This document shows positions 18,791-29,075 of a stretch of DNA of 64,000 nucleotides, piece by piece. The notes beneath the pieces are model-generated. The model did not search any database. It had not been told where the DNA came from and saw only the letters and a program-made list of their open reading frames with translations. Source of the DNA: Verrucomicrobiota bacterium (GTDB lineage Bacteria > Verrucomicrobiota > Verrucomicrobiia > Opitutales > Cerasicoccaceae); the NCBI GenBank assembly GCA_039818205.1, contig JBCBUK010000003.1, forward strand, positions 128,001 through 192,000, written 5' to 3'. The position numbers were made by a program, and so were the translations under genes. Position 1 is the first letter of the stretch; every line of letters begins with the position of its first letter.

Positions 18791-20004
18791 GAATTAACTT
18801 TGCGTAACAAAGCTTCTTGGTAGGTGTCCAGGTATCGTCGTGCTGTCTGGATATCGGAATAAACCTCGTGGGCTGCTTGGCTGATCAGCTTGCGTTCAAA
18901 GGAGTGATCGATAGCGCGTTTGATTGCGCTTCCAAACGAAGTGGAGTCCACTTGTTCGGCAAGCATGCCATTTACGCCCGATTGAATCATTTCGGGAACG
19001 CCGCCAACTGCGTTGCTAACCACCGGAGTGCCGCAGCAGAGCGATTCGGCAATGACGTTTGGCAGATTGTCCTCGCGAGTTGGGAGCACAAAGAGGTCCG
19101 CGGCAGAGTAGAGTAGGGCCATCAAGCGCTCATCGGCTACGGTCCCAACGTATTCAATCGGGAGCTTAGTTGAATCAAATTTGCCCGCGCCAGCTGCCAC
19201 GAGCATCCACTCATCCGGAAGGTCGAGTTGCTTTAAAGTTTCTAAAAGCAGGTCGGCACCTTTACGGGGATCATCCAGGCGCTCAGCGACAAAGAAAATT
19301 ATTTTCCGATCGCTTGGTAAATTGAAAACGCTTCGGGCAAAGGGCTGTGGATAGGGTTTGAACGTCTTCGAATCTAGCCCATTGGCAATTGACAGGTTAG
19401 GGTGGTTCTTATGGACGAATGAATCTCCTGCCAGCTTGCTGAGCCACTGGGACGGACAAACGATTGAAAGGTTCTGGGCTGAGCCGATCAAAGAAGCTTG
19501 CTGCTTTATGACGGTTTCGTTGTGGGACTGCAACGCTTGCGGAGCTCGGTTTTGGTCAGTCGAATAGTGGAAACCTCCGAGGAAACTGTGCATGTCATGC
19601 AGCGTCCATACAATGGGCTTTGAAATCGACGGGAAAAACCTATTCCAATTGATCAAACCTGATGTCCAATGAAGGTGAACGATGTCCGCCTTGCGTACCG
19701 ATTCGTTTTGCTCGACCAAATGATCCGTCTCCAAACTGGAGTAGAAAACATTGGCCTGCATCTGTTCACAGAAAAGCTGATGCTTCTGTTGAGCGGTAAC
19801 GGGGCGGTTGACCTTCATCAAGACGCGTTCATAGAAGCGCAGGTAGCGTTTCGGTATCCCGATATAGCCCAGTTCTGAATCGTCGGATACGTCGAGTGCT
19901 AGATAGTGAGAATCAACGCCAAGTTCTCGCATCGCCCGATGAATTCGAAAAGCGGCTGATCCAGCGCCTCCTTGGCGATATGCCGTTAGGTGGACGACTT
20001 TCAT
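18787..20004 (-). CDS. Glycosyltransferase family 4 (WcaC-like)
   Basis: True start MKVVHL..QGGAG at ATG 20004 (ATGA overlap); VHLHW, WTLHDM, DPRKG, EDNLPNVIAES. Confidence 0.85.
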   Translation of the reverse strand: MKVVHLTAYRQGGAGSAAFRIHRAMRELGVDSHYLALDVSDDSELGYIGIPKRYLRFYERVLMKVNRPVTAQQKHQLFCEQMQANVFYSSLETDHLVEQNESVRKADIVHLHWTSGLINWNRFFPSISKPIVWTLHDMHSFLGGFHYSTDQNRAPQALQSHNETVIKQQASLIGSAQNLSIVCPSQWLSKLAGDSFVHKNHPNLSIANGLDSKTFKPYPQPFARSVFNLPSDRKIIFFVAERLDDPRKGADLLLETLKQLDLPDEWMLVAAGAGKFDSTKLPIEYVGTVADERLMALLYSAADLFVLPTREDNLPNVIAESLCCGTPVVSNAVGGVPEMIQSGVNGMLAEQVDSTSFGSAIKRAIDHSFERKLISQAAHEVYSDIQTARRYLDTYQEALLRKVNS

Positions 20005-20945
20005 GCGAAGCGTTTGCTCAGTCGATGTTTCAATCGACCAAGCTCTCCCTTTAGGTGATTTATCGGCGTAGCTTCTGGTCCCCAGCGAAGAAAAGCTTGA
20101 AGCGCGAAACGGCCCAGCGAGGAGACCTTGGCATTCTGTTTGTTGACAGAAACTTGATCCGCAAGCTCGACGCGATACCGTTTCTCTTCGTTGTGCACGA
20201 AGTTTTCTCCGCTGCCATCGACGCCAATGTTTCGGACCAGCGATTGACTCGGAGTCAGGCATAGACCGCCACCGAGAAAGATGGAAGTGGCCCAGAATAT
20301 CGCCCAAGTCTTTATCTCGCCCCGTTGGTTTCGTTCGAGTTGGTCGGAGTATCCGTTGCATCCGCCCAAATTGAATTCGGTATGAGTCTCGGGCGTTGCG
20401 TTGACCTCCTCGAGCAGCTTCTTCACGTCCCATTCCGCATGTTTCCAGCGATCCTTCCAAGTTGCCCAGCCCCAGCAGCTCATGTGGCGAAGGAAAAACG
20501 TTTCTGGAAGCAGGGATGCATAGGGAGACTGATTGAAGAATCCTGATATATGCCAGACGGTTTTTACGTCTTGGTAGGTCTCCAAGGCAGAATTCATATA
20601 CTCCAAGAAACCTGGCGAGGTGACCAAATCATCTTCGACAACGATCACCCGTCCGTGAGACTCCAAGAGCTCACTCGCTCCGCCGCGAATCGAAGCGGCA
20701 AGGCCTCGGTTCTCGGCCGATTCATGGATGACAACGGTGCCGCACCAGTCTTGTTCGCGGATAAGCGTGCGGACCTCGTGGATCCGTTGCTGCGTTTCAG
20801 CACTGGCGTCTGGCTTGGGACCGTCGGAGTATATGTGCAACTCCGACTGATCAGCCATGCGGTTGCGAGACAATGCTTCTAGCGTCTGCCGGAGGTGGTC
20901 CGGCCGCGCGTAGGCGAACAACGCGATGGGAGCAAGGTTGGGCAC
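20001..20945 (-). CDS. Glycosyltransferase (GT-A; GT2/GT13-like)
   Basis: PIALFAYARP, SDGP, NRGLA, VIVVEDD, CWGWATWKDRW, NIG.DGSG. Confidence 0.85.
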   Translation of the reverse strand: MPNLAPIALFAYARPDHLRQTLEALSRNRMADQSELHIYSDGPKPDASAETQQRIHEVRTLIREQDWCGTVVIHESAENRGLAASIRGGASELLESHGRVIVVEDDLVTSPGFLEYMNSALETYQDVKTVWHISGFFNQSPYASLLPETFFLRHMSCWGWATWKDRWKHAEWDVKKLLEEVNATPETHTEFNLGGCNGYSDQLERNQRGEIKTWAIFWATSIFLGGGLCLTPSQSLVRNIGVDGSGENFVHNEEKRYRVELADQVSVNKQNAKVSSLGRFALQAFLRWGPEATPINHLKGELGRLKHRLSKRFA

Positions 20946-20957
20946 TCGGTCGGGAGC

Positions 20958-21947
20958 TTAACTAGGAATTGGCTGTCCGTAGAATGCCAGGGCCTGGCGA
21001 ATACCCTCTCGGAAGGAGGTTTTGTATTCGAATCCCAATTCTTTCTGTTTGGTGGTGTCGCCACCGCGGGCAAAAACTCCTGCGGGTTTGTCGGAGAGGC
21101 CAACGACTTCAGGCTCGTAGCCACATTCTTCGGCGGCGATTCGAGCAAACTGTTTGAAGCTGGTGTAGATGCCGGTCGAAAGGTTAAGCGCATCACCATT
21201 GTCGATCTTGTCGATCGATGAAAGAACCCCATCGACGCAGTCTTCGATGTGAATGAAGTCCCGCATTTGGTCACCGGTTCCCCAAACCGTGAGGGTATCT
21301 TCGCCAATGTGAGCCATAGCGCGCTTGCAAATGCTCGGGAATGGATAGCTGTCGTCCTGGTCCTCGCCATAGCCAGAGAACGGGCGGTAGCAAGCGGACT
21401 TCAATCCATGCTTCTCGTAGGCGAGCCGAGCAAGGTATTCGCAGGTGAGTTTGGCCCAGCCATAAGACATGTCGGGCATCCCGATGTCGTCATCAAACAC
21501 GATCATGTCTTCGCGCAGGAGCTCATAACCTTCGGCGCGTTGGCGCGCAATCGGGTAGGCGGCGCTTGAGCTAAAGCATGCAGTTTTAGCCGGTTTCGCT
21601 TTCTCAGCCCATTGCCAATATTCGGCGTCGATGGAGAGGTCGTCAGCAACTGCCAAGGGACGATTTTCAATCATGGCGCGGCCACCAACCATTGCGGCTA
21701 GGTGGAAGACATAGTCGAAGTCATCGTCTTCATGCTTCACGAACCAGTCGCGGCAGTCTTCTTTGTGAAAAATGAAATTGGAGTAGTCATTGGGGTTAAA
21801 CATCGGCCAACCCTCAGTTGGGTCGATGCCGCCAGTGAATTCGGCAACAGGGTCCACGCAGTGGACTTCATCGCCAGCGTCGAGAAAACGTTTACAGAAA
21901 CGGCGACCGACGAATCCGGCGCCTCCAGTGATCAGTACTTTTTTCAT
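20958..21947 (-). CDS. NAD-dependent nucleotide-sugar epimerase/dehydratase (extended SDR)
   Basis: TGGAGFVG, HLAAMVGG, SSS, YGWAK (YxxxK), WGTGDQMRDFIHIED. Confidence 0.9.
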   Translation of the reverse strand: MKKVLITGGAGFVGRRFCKRFLDAGDEVHCVDPVAEFTGGIDPTEGWPMFNPNDYSNFIFHKEDCRDWFVKHEDDDFDYVFHLAAMVGGRAMIENRPLAVADDLSIDAEYWQWAEKAKPAKTACFSSSAAYPIARQRAEGYELLREDMIVFDDDIGMPDMSYGWAKLTCEYLARLAYEKHGLKSACYRPFSGYGEDQDDSYPFPSICKRAMAHIGEDTLTVWGTGDQMRDFIHIEDCVDGVLSSIDKIDNGDALNLSTGIYTSFKQFARIAAEECGYEPEVVGLSDKPAGVFARGGDTTKQKELGFEYKTSFREGIRQALAFYGQPIPS

Positions 21948-21968
21948 AGTAGATAGAAGGGTTAATTT

Positions 21969-23075
21969 TTAAGCGGTTGTCGCAGCCTTGATCGTCGACT
22001 CATAGAGATCGATATACATTTGGGCGCATTGTTTCGGGGACCATTCATCAAGGGCCAGTCTTTGGTTCTTTTGTCCGAGATCGGCGTCCGTGAGTTTGAA
22101 AGCTTCATCCAACGCCGCTGCCGCTGTATCAGGCTTGTCTGGATCAAAGGTCGGGTTTCCAGTACTTTTGAGGAGTGAGCCGACATCCAGGGAATCTGGA
22201 CCAACGATGACTTTACCAAATGTCATCCCGAGGGTGATGTTGCCTGAGTTCAGGACTTTCAGGCGCGGGATAAACAAGACGTCAGCAGCATGGAGATAGT
22301 ATTGAGCATCCTCTTCTTGCACAAAGCCATAGTTGAAACGGTGTTTGCCACTATTGCGATAGTACCAGCGTTTGGCATCGCGAATCCAATACTTAAGGCG
22401 GATCCATGATACATCGGCAAGGCGCTCCCGCCAACGAGATGCGAGGAGGAACTTGTTTGAAGTTGTGGCACCGTTAAAGGCATTGAGGATCAAATCGGTT
22501 TCTTCGTCGTTGCGAATCGCACCAAAAATAAGAACTACTTTTCGATCCATCGGAATCCCAAGCTTCCTGCGCGATTCTTCGCGGTTCGTTTCATTGGGCA
22601 AGGAGCAATAGTTGTGGTGGGGAATCAAGCTATGAACCGGCTTGCCCTGAGAGAATGTTGTATTTGCATACCGCTCCTCAAACTCGTCGACACTTGGGGA
22701 GTCAAAATGGGCAACGCCATTGGCATAGCTATAATAGAGCTCGTAGATGCGCTCCCATTCTTTCGACTGTGTTTTACTATGTGGCGTTAAGACGTGACGG
22801 GTGATTACGATTCGGCTTTTTGACGACCAATACTTCAAGCGTTTTTCAATCTCACCGATCATCTCTTCGCTAATCGCGCCCTCACGATAGGCATCTTGTA
22901 TCTCCATCGTTAGATACTCCGGAAAATGCAGATGGACGACATCGTAGTCGCCCTCGCAATTCCAATAGTCTTCATGCGAGTGGATCAATTCGATGCCGAG
23001 TTCGATCAGGGCTCCGTTTAAATCCACCAAAAAGCGGTTGGTTGGGAGCGGGATATTGGCGACTAGTACTTTCAT
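21969..23075 (-). CDS. Glycosyltransferase (GT4-like)
   Basis: VHLHFPE, FGAIR, AADVLFIP..LNSG..LGMTFGK. Confidence 0.7.
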   Translation of the reverse strand: MKVLVANIPLPTNRFLVDLNGALIELGIELIHSHEDYWNCEGDYDVVHLHFPEYLTMEIQDAYREGAISEEMIGEIEKRLKYWSSKSRIVITRHVLTPHSKTQSKEWERIYELYYSYANGVAHFDSPSVDEFEERYANTTFSQGKPVHSLIPHHNYCSLPNETNREESRRKLGIPMDRKVVLIFGAIRNDEETDLILNAFNGATTSNKFLLASRWRERLADVSWIRLKYWIRDAKRWYYRNSGKHRFNYGFVQEEDAQYYLHAADVLFIPRLKVLNSGNITLGMTFGKVIVGPDSLDVGSLLKSTGNPTFDPDKPDTAAAALDEAFKLTDADLGQKNQRLALDEWSPKQCAQMYIDLYESTIKAATTA

Positions 23076-23092
23076 CGTCGTAGCTTAAGAAA

Positions 23093-23758
23093 TTAGGACT
23101 TTGGTTCGTTTGGGTATTGGCCCAGTGTAAAATCGTGCCGATAAATCTTCCGGACTATTTCATTCATTTCCGGTGTCCACACCGTTTTGGCATTCAGGTG
23201 CTTGGTGCTGTTTGCGTAGGAGTCGACTCTTATCCCGGGGATCTCAGCGAATCGCTCACGGTCTTCGATCCGTATGATTTCACATCCCGGCAAAGCCAGG
23301 AGGCGTTTATTGCCAAGCGTCAGGCGGTTCGACCAATGTTGCGGCTGGAAGTGGCCGTCAAATGAATGAAGCTTGGGTAGGAGTTTGACGAAATCTTCGA
23401 ACGAGAAATTGAGAAATGCTTCGGCAATTTTTTGGTCGCTGTCGGACTCCGTGATTCCGATGTACGGATAAATTAGCCGATGGCATGCTTGCCAATAAAA
23501 ACCGTCTACCGCGATGCGTTGGGGTTGTTTGCGATACTTGTCCTTAAAACACGACTCGATCCGTGCGTAGGGCTCGCGAACTACGAAGTATGCCCGGCGT
23601 GGGTTGGATGCTTTCGTTAGGGCCCGTAGGAAAATCCGCGGAGTCAAATTGATGTTTAGCTCCTTCCATTCATCAGATTGATTAAACTGGCTGTAGGTTG
23701 CCTTATAGCTAACAAACGCTAAGGTGCCGTCGCCGGAGCTGGATCTAAATACGGGCAT
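23093..23758 (-). CDS. Sulfotransferase family 2 (carbohydrate sulfotransferase)
   Basis: 5'-PSB-like YKATYS, 3'-PB VREPYARIES.F.DK, DGHFQPQ, N.T, IYRHDF. Confidence 0.75.
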   Translation of the reverse strand: MPVFRSSSGDGTLAFVSYKATYSQFNQSDEWKELNINLTPRIFLRALTKASNPRRAYFVVREPYARIESCFKDKYRKQPQRIAVDGFYWQACHRLIYPYIGITESDSDQKIAEAFLNFSFEDFVKLLPKLHSFDGHFQPQHWSNRLTLGNKRLLALPGCEIIRIEDRERFAEIPGIRVDSYANSTKHLNAKTVWTPEMNEIVRKIYRHDFTLGQYPNEPKS

Positions 23759-23760
23759 GC

Positions 23761-24792
23761 TTAATGGCTAGAAGCCTGGTTCTTCGAAAAAATCTGAAAG
23801 ACTTTGTTCTTGGCGCCGAGCGCCCGTGTGGCGATCGGATGATTCTTCGTCAGGGAGCGTATATGAATATCGAATGCCTTCTCTTCCTCGGTGAAGTCAC
23901 GGGGATTTTGACGAAGCCATTTTGCCAACGCTTTTAGCGCTTTGGTCGTTTGGTGGCGACGGGAACAGTACCCCGTTAGGGCACGATAAAACTGGGTCAT
24001 TCGGTAGCGGTCGGCTTTGAGCTTGATCATGCATTTCTCTAGATCAGACCACCATAGCTCATCGTATTTCCGATGCTCTTCCTGGTCGGTCATTCGGTTG
24101 CGTTCATGGACACCGCGGATAGCAATCGCTTCATCAATCGATCCAGATTCCAAGCGACCTATCGCTGCCATCCGACGCCAAAGGTGGATGTCTTGACGGA
24201 GGCGAAGTGCTGGATTGAACCGACCGACACGCTCCAATAAGGAACGGCGAACGGTAATGGCATCGGTATGAAATTCACCTTTGATTGTCAGGTGCTGTCC
24301 AAAAAGCACGCCGAATAGCTCATTCGGCTCAACCGGTGCGGTTAAAGTCGTAAACTCCTGGTAGCCGTAACCGGCATCGTGAAACTTCTTTCTGGCTTCG
24401 TCGCTTTCGTAGTGGATGCCAGTCGCGCCGTAGACTCCATCAATCCCAGGGTCTTGCGTCAACAATTCGATGTCCTTCTTGAAGCGATTGGGTAGATAGT
24501 AATCGTCGGCATCCAAGAATGCGACGAAGGGAAAATTTGCGTGGTCCAATCCGAGATTTCGACTGGCGCCTGCACCATGATTGCCGTGGTCGAGATGGCG
24601 GACCAGCTTAACCTTCTCAAATTCGGATTCAAGGTCTTGTGCGACGGCAAATGCATTGTCGGGCCCGGCATCGTCGACCAAGATGATTTCTCCGACCTCT
24701 TCCAAGTTAACCGCTGACTCAACGGCACGCCGCAAGGTCGATTCCGCATTGTATACGGGAGTAACGACACTAACTTGAAATGAATCCGGCAT
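23761..24792 (-). CDS. Glycosyltransferase family 2
   Basis: VSVVTPVYN, LVDD, GAGASRNLG, FLDADD. Confidence 0.9.
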   Translation of the reverse strand: MPDSFQVSVVTPVYNAESTLRRAVESAVNLEEVGEIILVDDAGPDNAFAVAQDLESEFEKVKLVRHLDHGNHGAGASRNLGLDHANFPFVAFLDADDYYLPNRFKKDIELLTQDPGIDGVYGATGIHYESDEARKKFHDAGYGYQEFTTLTAPVEPNELFGVLFGQHLTIKGEFHTDAITVRRSLLERVGRFNPALRLRQDIHLWRRMAAIGRLESGSIDEAIAIRGVHERNRMTDQEEHRKYDELWWSDLEKCMIKLKADRYRMTQFYRALTGYCSRRHQTTKALKALAKWLRQNPRDFTEEEKAFDIHIRSLTKNHPIATRALGAKNKVFQIFSKNQASSH

Positions 24793-24824
24793 GGTTTGGT
24801 TGGCTAAACGAAATCAATCGATGA

Positions 24825-25982
24825 TCAGTTTTTACCTTTCGGCTTACTGCGATAAAGGTTGTCGAGTTTTGCGGAGACGACCCGCCAATCATACTGCTTA
24901 AGAATGTGTTCCCGTGCATTGGTTGAGCTTGGATTCGCCATCTCGCGTTCGGTGACTTCTGCCAGATCGTCGACATCTCCCAAGTCGTAGATTTTCCCGT
25001 ATTCACCTTGGTTGATAGCTTCGAGGCAACCGCGTTCATTGGGAACTATGATCGGCTTGTTTCTTGTCATGGCCTCAAGTACCAGCGTTGGAAGTCCCTC
25101 TCGGTGGCTGGTTACGACTAAAAGGGAACACGCAGCAATCGCATGTTGCACGGCCTCCTGACTGAAGGAACCGAGCATTGTCACATTGGGCAGCGGAGTT
25201 ATTCTCCACTTTTGAAAAGCTTCCGGACCCAAACCTTGGCCAATGACTACGAAGTCTAGATGGGGCAATCGTTCAGCTAATTGGATGAATTCACGAGGGT
25301 TTTTAATCGGGGTATCTCGACCAACATACAAGACGAATGGCTTCGTGATCCCAGTATCTCGGCGAAACTGCTCAGCGTCGCCGCGATCACACATTTGAGT
25401 ATCAACACCATTGGGAAGATATTCACAAATGATTCCATGATCAGATTTGAGATCGGCTTGTTGCCAGCGAGAAACCGATAGTCTGATATCGGCGTGGCAA
25501 GCCTCATTGATTAGGGCATCATTGATCTCGATCTGCCAATCCTCGAGCCCACTCTTGCCATGTTCGGGAACATAGGGAAGGTGATAGGTATGTATCCAGT
25601 ATGATCCGCGTTTTTGTAGCTCGTGCGCCCAACGGATAATCCAAGGAACGACGTGGGTGTGGACGACTGGCTGACCGTTGGGGATAAAACCCAGTAAGTC
25701 TTCTTGCATCGCTGGAAGAAAGTCTCGAGTGCTCTTGATTATTGATTCGTTGGGCACGACTTCCAATGAAAGCTCTGAGTGTCTCTGGATCGCAAGAATG
25801 TGATTGCGAACTCCACCATGCGTATGAGACGAGCCAATAAAAACATCCGGATTACTCTGTATTACAGAGTTTTTCCACCGTTGGTAGTTGTTCCATTTTT
25901 CTTGGCGGCTGCGTATGATCCGATACGTCTTCCATTCCTGGTTGATGCGGGCGACATATCCTTTGAGGCGGGCCGTGAGCAT
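24825..25982 (-). CDS. Glycosyltransferase family 4
   Basis: HGGV, PNGVD, YVGR..KN, TSHREGLPTLVLEAM. Confidence 0.85.
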   Translation of the reverse strand: MLTARLKGYVARINQEWKTYRIIRSRQEKWNNYQRWKNSVIQSNPDVFIGSSHTHGGVRNHILAIQRHSELSLEVVPNESIIKSTRDFLPAMQEDLLGFIPNGQPVVHTHVVPWIIRWAHELQKRGSYWIHTYHLPYVPEHGKSGLEDWQIEINDALINEACHADIRLSVSRWQQADLKSDHGIICEYLPNGVDTQMCDRGDAEQFRRDTGITKPFVLYVGRDTPIKNPREFIQLAERLPHLDFVVIGQGLGPEAFQKWRITPLPNVTMLGSFSQEAVQHAIAACSLLVVTSHREGLPTLVLEAMTRNKPIIVPNERGCLEAINQGEYGKIYDLGDVDDLAEVTEREMANPSSTNAREHILKQYDWRVVSAKLDNLYRSKPKGKN

Positions 25983-26018
25983 GGGACGATCGAAAGTCGG
26001 TGACGGTTAGGAGTGGGA

Positions 26019-27185
26019 CTAGTTGCGAGGTGCGCTCTCGTTCTCACGGATGGTTTGGAGCGTTTCATTTGTAAGCTTAGCGATACTGTATTCGCTCGTC
26101 ACGCGCTCGCGGTTTCGTTTGCCGTGGGCCTCTCGCTCCTGCGGATGATCTAGGAAATGCAGGCATCTCTGGGCTAGCGCATCCGCATCGTCTGCGGGGG
26201 CCAGACACTCCTTGGCGGACGGTTCGCCGAGGGCTTGACGCATACCAGAAATGTCAGTGCCCAGAACACACTTGCGGTTGGCCATACCTTCGAGCGCAGC
26301 GTTTGGGCAGCCTTCAAATTTTGAGCTATGTACAACGATATCTGCAGCCGAGATTAGCTCACTGACGTTGTCTACGCGTCCGGGGAGAAGGACATCAGCG
26401 CTCGATAGTCCAAGGTCATAGAGCAAGACTTTAAGGTCGGTTGTGGTATCAGCATGGCGACCAGCGCACACCAAGACCTGCCGCTTGTCTGGACGGGCTT
26501 TTTTGATTTTTGCAAATGCTTTGATCAATGTTGAGTGGTCTTTATACTTGGTCAGATTAGCGGTCATTAGGAGAAGTGAGTCATTGGGCCCGAGGGATAG
26601 GTCCTTGCGCCACTTTGCTCCATCACTCAACTCCGGAAGTATAATGCCATTATTGATTACGCGGATTTGTTGCGCCTCCAAACCGAAAGTCCGCATCAGA
26701 AAATCTTGTCCCTCGTAGGAGTTTGAAACGATGGCAGGCATTCGCCGAATTAGATAATTTTCGAGGCGACTCCCAAATATATCCCGTCCTTCATCCCGTT
26801 GGTTCCACCAAGTAAATGAGGCACCGCTAAACTTCCAAATCAGGCCGGCAACCTTACAGTTAATACCAATGTAGGGAAGGAAGTAGTCTGGTTTGATCGT
26901 TTCCCGGCAATAGGCGGCCATCTGCTTCAATCCGAGGATGCGATTGAGCGGGCTGCCTTTCCAATTGAGCGGGACTTTATGGCAGCTCGCACCAAGTGCT
27001 TCAAATCGCTCGGACACCGTTCCCATTTTTCCCCAGGTGAGAACCGAGACTTTGGCTCCAATTTGATTGATGAGTGACTCAGCGAGAATCAATGCCTGGC
27101 GTTCAGCGCCGCCAAACGAACGCAATTGGCCAAACACAAACACGAAGTGCTTGCTCTCAAAGTAGGCGTGATCGATCGAAGCCAT
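26019..27185 (-). CDS. Glycosyltransferase family 4
   Basis: GGAERQ, VSNS, NNGI, ANL..YKDH, SKFEGCPNAALEGM. Confidence 0.9.
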   Translation of the reverse strand: MASIDHAYFESKHFVFVFGQLRSFGGAERQALILAESLINQIGAKVSVLTWGKMGTVSERFEALGASCHKVPLNWKGSPLNRILGLKQMAAYCRETIKPDYFLPYIGINCKVAGLIWKFSGASFTWWNQRDEGRDIFGSRLENYLIRRMPAIVSNSYEGQDFLMRTFGLEAQQIRVINNGIILPELSDGAKWRKDLSLGPNDSLLLMTANLTKYKDHSTLIKAFAKIKKARPDKRQVLVCAGRHADTTTDLKVLLYDLGLSSADVLLPGRVDNVSELISAADIVVHSSKFEGCPNAALEGMANRKCVLGTDISGMRQALGEPSAKECLAPADDADALAQRCLHFLDHPQEREAHGKRNRERVTSEYSIAKLTNETLQTIRENESAPRN

Positions 27186-27188
27186 ACG

Positions 27189-29069
27189 TTAGGCGGCGGG
27201 AGCCGACATGGGTGAATGCTCGGTCTGGAGCCAATACTCGAGGACTAGCAGCAGCCACTTGTTGACGGACGATGCATTCGTTGTCACTGAACGGATTGCC
27301 TGTGGATCAAAATAGTTTGCGACTTTTGCCGAAGACGCATTCAACACTTCGCCAATAATTGACGATTTCTCTGAGTCGTGTTTGAGCCAAGTATCCAAAG
27401 GCAGGGTGAAGCCTTGCTTTTGTCGGTAGGCAAACTCACGACCCATCTTTCGGGCAAGTAGATCCTTTAGCGGTTTTTTTCCGACATAGTCGCGGCCAAT
27501 CTTGCCATTGTGGAGCATGGACTCAGGAATCCGTGCGATCAGATTGAACACTCGCTTGTCGAGAATTGGCGGCCGCGACTCCAATCCGAAACGCATGCTG
27601 GCGATGTCAACTTTCGTTAGGATGTCATCCTGCATGAAGGTTTGTATGTCGCAGTTTTGAGCGCGGTTCAGGGAACCTTCACCTTGTGAATTTAGGAACG
27701 CGTCGGCGAAGGCCTCGTCTGGAAGGTCGGCTACGAAGCGGTGTGGCTCTTGCCAGAGAATCTCACGATTCGGGTGGTCAAAACGAAGCAATGGTTCATT
27801 CCAGGCGCGGTGGTCGCGACCTGGGTCGGCTACTACCGGATAATGATTTGGACGAAACTTGCGGATGATCGGTGCGAGAGATTTCTTCAGGCCTGATTGG
27901 CGAATGCGGGGCTGGTTGCGCTCCACGTATTTAAGCCAGCGACCGTAAGAGCTGTAGCCAGCGAGTAGTTCGTCACCCCCATCGCCGGATATGACCATTG
28001 GGACGTGTTTCTGCGCCAGCTTACAAACCCGCCAGGTGGGAATTGCAGACTGGTCTCCGAATGGCTCGCCGAAGTGTTGAACCAGCTCAGGCAATACCTC
28101 CAATGCGTCGAAGTGGACGAGCTCTTCGTAATGTTGAGTCTTGTACTTCTCGGCTACGGTTCGGGCGAATTGCAATTCATTGGCTTCATCTTCTTCAAAA
28201 CCAATCGAAAATGTGCGAACTGGTTCATCAAGGATGTCTGCCATGTAGGCGACCATGAGGCTGGAATCAACGCCTCCCGATAGAAAGGCGCCGAAGGGCA
28301 CATCACTCACCAAATGCCGCTTGACCGAGTCTCTCAGGCAAGCATCGAGCTCGTCAACTAGGTCCGCTTGAGATCGCTTCTTCTTTTGGGCAAAGTCCGG
28401 TTTCCAGTAGGTTTCGATCTTGCGGAAAGGATCCCGCATGCGAACCGTCATCATACTGCCGGCGGGAAGTTTGAACGTTTTGCGGTAGATTGTTTTGGGG
28501 GCCGTGATGTATTGGAACCTGAGATAGGTGTCCATTGCACCGAGATCAATTTCACCCTTCCATTCGGGAATGTGTTTGATCGCCTGAAATTCTGAGGCGA
28601 ATGCAAACCGATTACCGTCCCAATAATAGAGCAGCGGTTTTATGCCAAAGGGATCACGTGCGAGAAAAATCTCTTGTTTGGAATAGTCAGCGACCGCGAA
28701 TGCAAACATTCCCTCGAGTTTCTCCACACAATTTTTGCCCCATTTCTGATACGCCCGCAGTAACACTTCGGTATCTGATTGAGTTCGGAAACGATAGCCG
28801 TCGGATTCTAGAGTCTTGCGCAGCTCTTGGTAGTTGTAGATCTCTCCGTTGTAGGTGAGGTAAATGTTTCCACTCTCGTCGGCCATCGGTTGGGCACCGC
28901 CTTCCAGGTCGATGATCGACAAACGCCGGTGACCAATTGCTAGATTTCCTTGATGAAAAGTGCCTGAACCATTGGGGCCGCGATGAGCGATCGCTGCGGT
29001 CATGTCGTCTACGACTTTTGCCGCGTCGACGCTCAGCGTGTAATCAAGATATCCGCAGATGCCGCACAT
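27189..29069 (-). CDS. asnB: Asparagine synthase (glutamine-hydrolysing) family amidotransferase, likely acting on glycan uronate amidation
   Basis: MCGICG Ntn Cys, HRGP, HRRLSIID, YNGEIYN, ARDPFGIKPL, LSGGVDSS, SGDGGDEL.AGY, KQGF. Confidence 0.93.
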   Translation of the reverse strand: MCGICGYLDYTLSVDAAKVVDDMTAAIAHRGPNGSGTFHQGNLAIGHRRLSIIDLEGGAQPMADESGNIYLTYNGEIYNYQELRKTLESDGYRFRTQSDTEVLLRAYQKWGKNCVEKLEGMFAFAVADYSKQEIFLARDPFGIKPLLYYWDGNRFAFASEFQAIKHIPEWKGEIDLGAMDTYLRFQYITAPKTIYRKTFKLPAGSMMTVRMRDPFRKIETYWKPDFAQKKKRSQADLVDELDACLRDSVKRHLVSDVPFGAFLSGGVDSSLMVAYMADILDEPVRTFSIGFEEDEANELQFARTVAEKYKTQHYEELVHFDALEVLPELVQHFGEPFGDQSAIPTWRVCKLAQKHVPMVISGDGGDELLAGYSSYGRWLKYVERNQPRIRQSGLKKSLAPIIRKFRPNHYPVVADPGRDHRAWNEPLLRFDHPNREILWQEPHRFVADLPDEAFADAFLNSQGEGSLNRAQNCDIQTFMQDDILTKVDIASMRFGLESRPPILDKRVFNLIARIPESMLHNGKIGRDYVGKKPLKDLLARKMGREFAYRQKQGFTLPLDTWLKHDSEKSSIIGEVLNASSAKVANYFDPQAIRSVTTNASSVNKWLLLVLEYWLQTEHSPMSAPAA

Positions 29070-29075
29070 AGGAAC

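Noticed and set aside
20005..20460. 152-aa N-terminal extension of the 557-aa GT ORF
   Set aside because: It overlaps the neighbouring GT in another frame. The real start is ATG 20004 (ATGA coupling, MKVVHL).
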